64,000 nucleotides of DNA from Ylistrum balloti. Its lineage: Eukaryota. The notes beneath the pieces are model-generated. The model did not search any database and was not told the DNA's origin. It worked only from the letters and a program-made list of their open reading frames with translations. A program made the translations under genes and the position numbers. The stretch lies in contig NW_026782081.1 in the NCBI RefSeq assembly GCF_031769215.1, positions 682,001 through 746,000 of the forward strand, in the 5' to 3' direction. This document shows, in pieces, positions 26,602 to 37,400 of the stretch. The first letter of the stretch is position 1, and each line of letters starts with the position of its first letter.

Positions 26602-26735
26602 CAACAAGTAGATTTACATCCGTGTAACAGCAAGTAGATTTACATCCGGGTAACAACAATTAGATTTACATCCGTGTAACAACAAGTAGATTTACATCCG
26701 GTTTACATCCGTGTAACAAGAAGCAGATTTACACA
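26602..26735. repeat. 26-bp tandem repeat (~5 copies) immediately upstream of the GPCR ATG
   Basis: Unit caagtagatttacatccgtgtaacag at 26605, 26631, 26657, 26683, plus partial copies. Confidence 0.92.
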
Positions 26736-27452
26736 CTGGCATTACAACCACGTATGGTTCGGGAGCTGCGATAATGATATCAATTATTCAGTACAGAATT
26801 ACCAAATGAAAATAACATTTTCGCTTGAATTAGTGAAAAATCATCACAGAAACTACACAGTGTTAAGTAGTTCGCCTATCCAGTGACACCCGTGATAAAT
26901 ACCGATATAAAATATGTTTGTTATTAAACGCGACACTGCCTGGTAACATATGTTAGTTTGACATCCTTGTTGTATATTAACATATAGGATTTCAGGTCTC
27001 CGATATTGTTTCATCATCCATAATTTAGTAATTACACAACTGTTTCCATGGAGTGTTCCCTGTATCAGATCACGTCATCAACGTGTGTGACAAAAAGTGT
27101 GTAACGATAAGCACATACGAGTATATTATAAAACGGATTACGCTGGGTTTGAAATTGAAACCGATCATCTGTGCACATGTACTTACACTAGGGAATGGGG
27201 TGGGTGGGCGTTGGAAGGGGAGAGACGGATTAGAGTCTGCGAGGTCTTAAATGAAAAGGTTGTTGTAAGCATTTTGTAGAAATACTTATGTCATGAGAAC
27301 ATGCACTACATTGTCCTATCCTACTGTACTTATAGACAGGACGAGACAATGCTATTTATCGTACCTATAAGACTGTACAAAAGACACACTTCTGAATTGC
27401 ACCTTTCAATTCATTTAAAAGAAACAGTAGAGACAAATAATGAATAAAACCA

Positions 27453-27495
27453 AATCCTACAGCTGTTTCGTCCTTCTAGGAATCATCAGTGATGA
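27453..27495 (-). ncRNA. Degenerate minimal type I hammerhead ribozyme motif
   Basis: Minus strand reads ucauca CUGAUGA uuccu aga aggac GAAAC AGCU GUA ggauu. Both core boxes, stem II and a palindromic AGCU stem III loop before GUA are present. Position 10.1 is U (canonical G) and stem I is weak. Confidence 0.55.
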
Positions 27496-29750
27496 TGAGG
27501 ATATAAAACTGAAAACTTAGGAGTCAACTGAGGGAAATGAAAATTGATCGACGGCAATGTCAGAATTTAATTAAAAAGCTGTACCAGCCAAATGATCATA
27601 AAAAAAATCGAAATTTCCATATGTCTGTTACTTTCAGGACAACATCAAGTGGATTTTTAACTATGCCATCGTGCGAATGAGTTGAAATGTGCCGTGCAGG
27701 TTGAAACAAACCTCTGGGACTAAATGTCCGCCTATAGTGTATATCATCTGCGAGTTCACGTAAATAAACCCAGAAGTGACATAAGATTGAAAACTGTCCA
27801 TCTGGATATTTAATGATATCAGAGTTATAAGTGTTTAAAAATTTGTCATTCACAGAACGTTTTATATGTATAAAAGAATGAAGTGAATGAATATATGGTC
27901 ACCGTATGGTGACTTTTAATGAATTTCACAAATATGTCTATACTTATTCATAGTGATGACGCACACGAAAGCGTGGCATTATTTTTTTTAAAGGCGAAAA
28001 GCAAATACACAAATTGTTACAAATATTTGAAAGTCTACTTATCACTGATGAGAAGTATGAGTAAGTGTTGCCAAACTCCATCAATAAACTTAGACGTGAA
28101 ACATCGTCTGTTTCCTCTCTCTATATGTATTTATATATCGGAATACAACTACTTATCGTGGAGCGTTACAACGCAGATCTTTCTCAAAAATACTTATACT
28201 TTAAGATTAATTATAGATAAATACATCGATCAATCATGTGTATAATAAATTCCGTTTTTATTTTGACGGTATGCGACGTATTACGATGGCTGGATTCGGG
28301 AGTAGATAATCCGTTATAGCGTGGGACGTCATTAATTTATTAATTTATTAATTTATTATAACGACAGGAAAAATGTTTCATCGAAATATGAAGTAGAGTA
28401 CAATGTTGGTAATCTTTGTGACATTTTATTTCGATTCACTGTTTCTTCGCTTCAGGTGAGCTTGTCGGTAATTTCAGTATGTCGAGAAACACGATAACTG
28501 TTACTGAAAGTGGTATTCTCGATTTTCTTGTTTTAACACTCGACACAAACAAAACTTTCGTGATCCAATCTCTAGCAGACGCATTACACAAGCATACTAT
28601 CCCTTAGATGTAGCTTATACACCCAATTCAACAAAGTACATACTGTGCCAAACTGTTTCATAGTTTTGCGGCAAAAGGAGTTCATCCATACTATTGCCAA
28701 TGGTTCGGCTACAAAACCAACAAAATATATAATAATGACGATGGTTGTTTTGTGAAGAATTATTCAAGTACACCATTAGAAAATGAACAATTTTTAAATA
28801 ATTCAAGTAGCACAGGAAGATATTGTGCACATTAAAGGCTTCCGAAAGTGTATTATCGCGAAATTTCTTCTGCTAATTGGAATGTGAACCACGACTTCTG
28901 TCAGAAACGATGCCAAGGAGCAAGTGAAACGAGATCATGCTGCATTAGAGTCACTTTCAGAGTGGAATAAATTTATACTGTATATCATTCTTTAAAAAGA
29001 GAAAATCTTATTTTATTTTCTTAATTTTGAAGTCAAACATACAACTTATATAATGAATATATTTACTCTTACTGCTAAGGGATGCAATAATTTGCTGCCA
29101 GTCCGCTGACGTAATTACATTTTTGAAAAAGCAAATAATAATTTTTAGTGCTATTAAATTAGGGTTACAGTCTTATTGTGATACTCTTTACTCAAGCAGT
29201 TGAAGTAATGATAAAACAATTTTTGATAGATTTTGAGCCTCTTTTTAAGAACCTTTCTTTAAAATGATAAAAATATCTCGTAGTATCTCTTTGTAAAATA
29301 CCAAAACCCGTTTTAAATTGACGTAACGCCATTTTCTAGTTGTGAGAGCTTTCTTTACGAAGAAAAGTAAACTCGGTGCAAATCTATAGTTGTAAATTCT
29401 GCTGTGCAATATTTAGTAGGATGTAAAAATGAGTCCAAATCAAATGCGATATATATAAGGAGGATGGTATCGTTTTAAATCACTGCATTTCTGTTTAAAA
29501 CATCTTTTGGTGCTGGTTACGTGGCCTTTTTTCATATTTCCTCCGATAATTTGATTTTCTTCAGTCCCTTACTAATCTTCACAATAAGCTATAGCCTCAT
29601 TGTTAAGCCTTGGAAGGACAAACGAAGCAGCTATATTATGCAGTTTAAATCAGTATTCGGTTATAATTTATTTTAATTTAAATCGTTATTGAAACGATGT
29701 ATTTTGTACAATTTTGGTCCATCAGATTATTGGCATACCTATTGGAAAAA

Positions 29751-30563
29751 ACTGCTCCCTTCTCTCGATCTGGAACAAACTGCTCCCTTCTCTCGATCGG
29801 GAACAGACTGCTCCCTTCTCTCGATCGGGGACAGACTGCTCCCTTCTCTCGATCGGGAACAAAATGCTCCCTTCTCTCGATCGGGAACAGACTGCTCCCT
29901 TCTCTCGATCGGGAACAGACTGCTCCCTTCTCTCGATCGGGAACAGACTGCTCCCTTCTCTCGATCGGGAACAGACTGCTCCCTTCTCTCGATCGGGAAC
30001 AAACTGCTCCCTTCTCTCGATCGGGAACAGACTGCTCCCTTCTCTCGATCGGGAACAGACTGCTCCCTTCTCTCGATCGGGAACAGACTGCTCCCTTCTC
30101 TCGATCGGGAACAAACTGCTCCCTTCTCTCGATCGGGAACAAACTGCTCCCTTCTCTCGATCGGGAACAAACTGCTCCCTTCTCTCGATCGGGAACAAAC
30201 TGCTCCCTTCTCTCGATCGGGAACAAAATGCTCCCTTCTCTCGATCGGGAACAGACTGCTCCCTTCTCTCGATCGGGAACAGACTGCTCCCTTCTCTCGA
30301 TCGGGAACAGACTGCTCCCTTCTCTCGATCGGGGACAGACTGCTCCCTTCTCTCGATCGGGAACAGACTGCTCCCTTCTCTCGATCGGGAACAGAACACA
30401 CTGCTCCTTCTCTGCTCCCTTCTCTCGATCGGGAACACTGCTCCTTCTCTCGATCGGGACTGCTCCCTTCTCTCGATCGGGAACAGACTGCTCCCTTCTC
30501 TCGATCGGGAACAGACTGCTCCCTTCTCTCGATCGGGGAAAGACTGCTCCCTTCTCTCGATCG
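29751..30563. repeat. 28-bp CpG-containing minisatellite (~29 copies)
   Basis: Unit actgctcccttctctcgatcgggaacag; stop-free in all six frames. Confidence 0.97.
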
Positions 30564-30724
30564 ACTTGGTTTTGATATGAGGCTGAATTTATCGTAGAGC
30601 TGAACAAACCAGATAAAAAGGTACTTAATTTTTCTTTTAGATAAAATGATTATCTTGTCTTTAACAAGAAATGTATCACTAATGACCATCGAAAAAACAA
30701 ACCAGAATTCTACTTCTATATAAT

Positions 30725-30960
30725 CTAGGATTTCAATTTCCCTGTAACAGATTCTCCATATCTAGAAAGCATTCCTTCGTCTCCACCCTATTCTTGAATT
30801 TGATTCGATTTTAAAAGACTTGCTCTCACTTTTCGCGCAAGATATCGACATTTACAGAAAAACTCATAACACGATGTTTCAGAAGATGCAAGTTGCTGAG
30901 AAATATGGTTGTCATAAAGTTTTCATCAGCAAAAATTATATTTTTTTCCACGATATGGAA
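30725..30960 (+). mobile_element. Decayed Penelope-like retroelement RT C-terminal fragment
   Basis: Translates to DFNFPVTDSPYLESIPSSPPY...LIRF...FTEKLITRCFRRCKLLRN, resembling the DFNFPIVNFPFL..NIPSSPAYG..SQLIRF motif of invertebrate Penelope-like RTs. Confidence 0.6.
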
Positions 30961-31932
30961 ATCGGACGAATTAAATGCTTGGTGGTTCTAATGTTATTCG
31001 TAATTGACTAAGATTTAAGTGTCGAAAAATAAGCGACACTAACCATTCTGAAACACTTGGTTCTATGCTGTTCGTACCTTTTTAGAGGGTATCCGAGTAA
31101 AGTTTCTATTGTTCATATTTGGCATTTTCGCCTTGTGTTTTTCAGTGGCCAAAGCGAAAGGACAAAATGTCAGGTGCAAGCCACCAAAATCATTGGTTGA
31201 TGATGCACCTCAGTATCTGTGACAGCTGTTCAGTTTCTGTGTATCAGATTACAGCTGACACAAACCTGGATTAACTGGAGAATTCATTGTGATATCAAAC
31301 AAAGGATTTTCAAAATTCACTTGTATTTGTTTTTCATACACATATGACAGAAGTTTCTCTCTGTGGTCTTAAACAGAGTTAACAGAATTATAAGTGCGCC
31401 TTGATGCTTCTGTATGTAAATATAGTTTTCATGAATGGATATTTTTCAATGCGACATAAGGGGAGTAGAGCTTCATTGTAAAAAAAGTAAACGTGTGCCC
31501 TCTGCTACGTTTGATGTGATGTGTGAAAAAGCTCACCACCTCGGCTTTTCCTGACATTTTTCAAAGATAAATGTTGTATTCCAAGATACTATCCTTGTAT
31601 TTTCTGTGTTTGAGCAGGGATACAGAGCTGTCATAGACCTACCTGTTGTTCCTGTTGCCGAGGTACATACACATGATTGTTTTGATTACAATTAAGTGCG
31701 CTAGTACAGTCGGATGATCGATTTAATCAGAGTAGACGTTATGACAACTGTCCAGGTATAAGTGTATTGTCACATGTCAACATCATGGCCGATATTCACG
31801 AACTTGGTCATACGGTTTTCAGTTATCCTTGTTGGCAAACGTGGTCATTAGTGCAGCATATATTTTTTCTGAATATTGGCGTATTTAAATCATCATTATC
31901 ATGTCCGACTATAGCCATCTTTTTCTTAAATC

Positions 31933-32700
31933 ATGATTTATCTTTCGTGGGACGACGACATAGATTTAGATACACTACCAGGTGCATACACAGAGAACGA
32001 TCATGATGTAACAGACAGTGAAAGTGACGATTTTTCTGCTAGTGTTGGACACAAATCAAAGGCTAGAAAGCTAGGAAAGGGCAGTTACGTTTATATTTGC
32101 CCTATCTGTGATAAATCTTTAAAGACAATTTCAGGTTTTAGAGGGCACATTTCAAAACAGCATCATAAAGACTTCAAAGCTTCAGAGCATAGATCACTCA
32201 CCAGTAGGCCTAAGTCCTCAGTTCAGTTCAAGCCAAGAAGATAGTAGTAAGTCTTTTCCTGAGACATTCCAAACTGCATTGTCAAAGACATTCAATAATA
32301 TAGAAAACGATCCCTTTGTGTTCCTTGATAATGTAAATTTGTCAGATTTGTGTAACTTTGTGACTGGTTCAAGTGCTGTAAAACTGTTTTCTGCCCTAGA
32401 CAGCAATGAGGATATTAGCACTGAAACTACACGATTTAAGGATTATGTTACAGAAATGCGGGTTGAGGGACAGATTGTAGCTTTGTGGAACCACTATGAC
32501 AACAATGGCCCACGGACAACAAATCATGTTGAGGGATGGCACAGCAAGGTCAACAAATTCTGTCAGCATGCGCACTTGAACATCTTTGCGGCTGTTCAGC
32601 TTCTGAAGAAAATTTAGGCTACCGATGAAGATGATCCAAATTTCGACCGGAGGTAAACCAAGATCAAAGAAGAGGAAATACCGCTGAAGTACTTTGACAT
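31933..32700 (+). pseudogene. C2H2 zinc-finger fragment joined to MULE transposase C-terminal fragment
   Basis: YICPICDKSLKTISGFRGHISKQH, then a stop and frameshift, then RFKDYVTE..LWNHYDNNGPRTTNHVEGWHSKVNK..HLNIF. Confidence 0.75.
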
Positions 32701-33388
32701 TTTGAGAATATTCAATCCTTAAACCACACAAGAAAGTTGTACATGTGTACATTGGTGTGTAAACATTTTAAATGTACAATATTATATCATGCATATAAAC
32801 ATATATCAATCGTGTGTGATATAATGATTATGTACCAGAACATTTAACATATATGTATACAGTCAAACCTTAAAATATGGCACCATTGACCAAGGGACAA
32901 AATGTTCTAATAAGTACATATACATGTAGTGAATTGTACAAGGTTTGATGGACTGGTCATTACATGTAATTTGTAAATGTCCTTTATAACATGTTACAGA
33001 TCTAAATCTCCAGCAGGACGCAGTTTTGCTTTTTAGAAATGAAAATACTGATAGTGTTAATCCAAATGTGGTTACCGATGAAATTCAATCAACTGCAGCA
33101 CTGCTTTATTAATTGTTTGTACGTGTTGTAAGTGAAATATATGGGAGTTATATGGTAAAAAAGGTATTAGTAGTAAATACTGATATAATTTATATGTCAA
33201 GAATAACATCCCCAAAGTTTTTTTTAAAATCATCTCCCAAATTTCTTAACGGACAGGTTTCAGATTGATCATTATATCTAATAATGGGGCATTAAGTACG
33301 ACATATAGGTCAAGTTAAAATTGCCGAATAAAAAAATATACCAGCTTAATCACCATAATTTTTCCTCTATACAGACAATATTATGTAA

Positions 33389-33940
33389 TTAACAAGATAA
33401 CCTACGAATTTTGGTGAAAAGGAATATACTGGCCAAATATAATGATTCTAGGCTTTTCGATATTTCAGAAGAAATTGTTTAAACGTTTTAACACATTTGA
33501 CCTCAGTGACCTTGAATATAGGTCAAGTTCATTTCTTTTAGCAAACTTTGTAGGACACCATAAGAGGAACATAGTAGTAAAATATAAAGATTCTATGCCT
33601 TCCGGTATTTTGAAAGAAGTCGCTTAAATTTTTTAACACATTTGACCTCTATGACTTTGAATATGGGTCAAGGTTATTTTTTTCGCAAACTTTGTTGGGC
33701 TTCATCAAAGAAACTATCCAGCCAAATATAATGATTCTAGGCCTTCCAGTATCTTGGAAGAAGTCGTTGAAAGGTTTTCACACATTTGACCTCTGTGACC
33801 TTGAATATGGGTTAAGGTTATTTCTTTTAGCAAACTTTGTTGGGCTTCATCAAAGGAACATTCCAGCCATATATAACAATTCTAAGCCTTCCGGTATTTT
33901 GGAAGAAGTCGATTAAAGCCTTTGGGCCAAGTGAGCTAAC
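33389..33940 (+). mobile_element. Non-autonomous Helentron/Helitron-like element with internal ~145-bp satellite monomers
   Basis: acatttgacctc(a/t)(g/a)tgac(c/t)ttgaata recurs at 33493, 33638 and 33782. Ends in gcctttgggc stem-loop plus aagtgagctaa, resembling bivalve Helentron-associated satellite elements. The 5' boundary is approximate. Confidence 0.65.
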
Positions 33941-34348
33941 AACCAGTACTACCTGTGTACTTGGCCAGATTGGCCATTTAATATACACAACGTAAACAAG
34001 CTTAACCGCGTTGGTAAATGTTAAGGACATACGTTTACCATATATCTATGCAGGCCATACTTATATACTTATTACACATTAGACAATTGTAAAACAGATT
34101 GATCGAGAACATTTTTCTGATTTTCTTTGAGTATTTACATCCTAAATAAGGTGGTATTCAAAGCGGAAATGAACGCTATTTTCAGCCAAGAAAAGCCGCT
34201 GGTCTCTTGATAAAATATAACGTTTCATCTGTTATGAAATGGATATCTCGCGGTCATTTTTAAGCGTATTATAGCACTTACCTATTCCTCTGTATTATAC
34301 GTCCCTGGTTTGAGGATATTTGTAACAGATAGATGAAGAACTGGAATT

Positions 34349-34382
34349 ACGCATGCGCAGACTTGCCACATATATATATACA
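34349..34382 (+). promoter_or_regulatory. Possible core promoter of aminopeptidase paralog A
   Basis: acgcatgcgc (NRF1-like) followed by catatatatatac, about 80-110 bp upstream of ATG 34459; positional inference only. Confidence 0.25.
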
Positions 34383-34458
34383 ACTCAAACTGGACAGATC
34401 TGACTGCTTCACTTGACCGATGACTCGCTCTGACCTCCGTCCAGGCCTAATACTAACT

Positions 34459-37400
34459 ATGGACACTACTTTGGATATCATGATATCCTTCATCGTGTGG
34501 GCTTGTCTCAGCGCTACAGGTAAAATTCAATAATCCTACCTGTATCATTATTTAGATTACGATTTGTTTACATGTTGATACATGGATAAGAAAAGGGGAT
34601 ATGGTACTTTGGGCTTAGGGAGAGTTTGCAATGTTCTTACTTTGAATACAGAGTGTATTTCATGTATGAGAAAGTGAAATGATATGTTATACCTTGTCAG
34701 ACTGTACATACGCTGTTCCCGATTTTGTATTGCTCTAGGAAATTTATTTTAGTTTTCCGCAATAAATATTGAATGTTTGGATGTGTATGTCTTTGAACGA
34801 TTCAGTGTTGCGCACTCATATTGAATCAAATAAAGAGATAAAAGAATAGGATCATAATCACCAACAAAGAAATGATACATTGAATACCAGGGAAGGTGGA
34901 AACGTTGCATACAATTAAAATTTTGCGCTCGTTATCATTTCATTTCTTCTCTTGCGATTGTTTAATTAACAATAATAAACAACCCGGCAACATTAAAATG
35001 CATGAAAGTGAAAAAGAAAAAATCGTATAGGTAGGTATGTTTGTATCGGAAAAGACGAATACATAGTAGTTGTGCATACCTGCTGTGTAGAGTATATACA
35101 TACCTTAATGGTCCAGGGGATGTGGTCAATGTTTACGAACAACACAGGCGGTCAGTGTTTATATAATGACCTGACCTTGAACTGACCGTTGGTCTTTCAT
35201 CCAGTTACCAAACAGCCATAAGCAAAATTAAATAACATAATAGGCATGTAAATAGCCGAAAACACTACTTTAATATTAACTTTTCTCACATACTCAACAG
35301 AATCATTTCGTGGTCGCTAGATATGGATAATCCTAACTTACACGGATCAGAGAACGGCAGCTAACACGTGCACGCACTTTGAGTTTGTCTGGTCAGCACA
35401 AGGCTTGCCAAACTTGTACAATTAGGCTACGGTATCCATGTCCACAGAACAGACCAGTGTTTGAGTATTCTCGCCTCAGTGATGTCGTGTTTATTTATTG
35501 TTTTTTAGACATTGTTGATTTTTTGTTTGTTTTCAGGAGTGGCTCATAGTTATGGTTCTGACTGTGTACATGATATTCCACACGAGGTCACCTACCTACC
35601 GAGCCGTGATAACTGTACTCTGGTAAGATCTGCCAGTTCATACAATTCTGTTTTTTAATATACATTTGTTTGTGAGGGTGGTAAGTGTTAATATATAACT
35701 GTGTTAAGGTAATTTATTATAGTGTCATGACATTACACAATTGTGTACATGTTATATGTTGTGTTGCCATGACAATAAAAAAACTGTGCATAGGTAATAT
35801 ATTCAGCCAATATACAACTTGGTGTACAACACAAAGAATCCTACACAATGAGCGGGGATACACAAATAAAACGATCGGATGAATAACATTTTTGCAAGCA
35901 TTTATGTATTATGAAATAGCGTTTTGTAAGACTGACGTTAAAACTGAAATGGCTAAATACTTTATGATTTTTTCATTGGTGACGTAACAATAAACTTGAC
36001 AGCTAGAATTTTTTGACCACACAATTTCATAACGAGGGAACTTCTAGTCATAACCTACATTGCTTGGTATTATTACTCAATAAAATCACTATTGCGACAT
36101 AACATTCCCCCCATAATTTTCATCAACCTGCATCTTTTGAACCCCTATGTTGCGAGTTTATCCGTTAGTTGACGACTTCCTACAAGAAAATCGTAATAAT
36201 GGGAACAGGCGCTTAAATATAGGATCAACTGGGATATGTAAATACCATGGAGATGCAGGGATATTGCTGTCCAGAAATGGAAAATTCACCATAGGGAAAT
36301 CCTAGCATACAGCTTGGTGGACAGCTGTCCATGTTGGTTTTGTTGTAGTATCTGAGAGGACAGATATAGCTATAAGAATTGAGAATATTGACCATTGGTG
36401 TTGTATACAATACATGAGAAGGTGTTATACGTTTTGAGGGTTGAAAACAGCTGATGATTGATAGTTGATTCTGTAACAGACATGCTAAAACAAGGTATGA
36501 ATTATTTTTTATAGAATCACGTGACCTCGACAAGATTACAGAATATGCGGCAGTTGTTTCAAGACTATAATTTGGATGCCTACATCGTCACTACACAGGA
36601 TGCTCATCACGTAAGTTGGCATTAGATCACCTAGTATTAAGCAATCAATATTTCCTACCTTATATACATCTTCAAATTGTTAGCAAAATAATCAATATTT
36701 TTTGTTGACGATCAATAATTTGCAAACGGCGCCTTCTTGTGCTTGAATAATGTTTTCTTTTTATATTACAGCAACAAGGAGGGTCCCCACATGATAGGCG
36801 CTTACAAGCCATATCCGGCTTTGATGGAACAATTGGTAATTCTAAAATTAACACGTGGATTCCAGTTTTTTTTCTCTGCATTTGTATGCGTACAAGATCC
36901 TTTCACAAGTTTAATTTTCTGATAGAATACCTTGGCATCTTAAAAGTGAATTAATGGTTTAGTGGGGAGTTTATTGAAGATATACCATCTGTTCACAGCT
37001 AATACCGAGAGGAAAAGGAAACGCAATTAGTAGAAAGTTTATATTGTAAATCAAATCCTTGACGTAGTAGAAAGTTTATATTGTAAATCAAATCCTTGAC
37101 GTACACCCTTTAAACTTGATAATTGTGTGCATTTGAGTTAGGTCCCTATGGTACCGTATTAAAATCACTGATGCATAACTAAACTGCGCACGCCGCTTGT
37201 ACAAAAGAATAAGAGACAAAAGCACGATATCTCGCACCCAGTATAAAGGATTGGTTCAAAATCTGTGTGTGCGAATCTTCAGACATATCCGTCTTGATTT
37301 CCCACATTTTAAGCATAAACAGTTCACCGTATAAAATGCCACGGCTCTCCGAAGTTGACAGGGGTAGTGCCATTGCACTTCTTATGCAAGGTACCCCGCA

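Noticed and set aside
5215-30563. Tandem arrays as CRISPR
   Set aside because: Units are head-to-tail with no unique spacers, there are no cas genes, and the context is eukaryotic
29678-30689. Six overlapping ORFs of 238-316 aa
   Set aside because: All arise from a stop-free 28-bp tandem unit (28-aa period = 3 units); no splice or domain support
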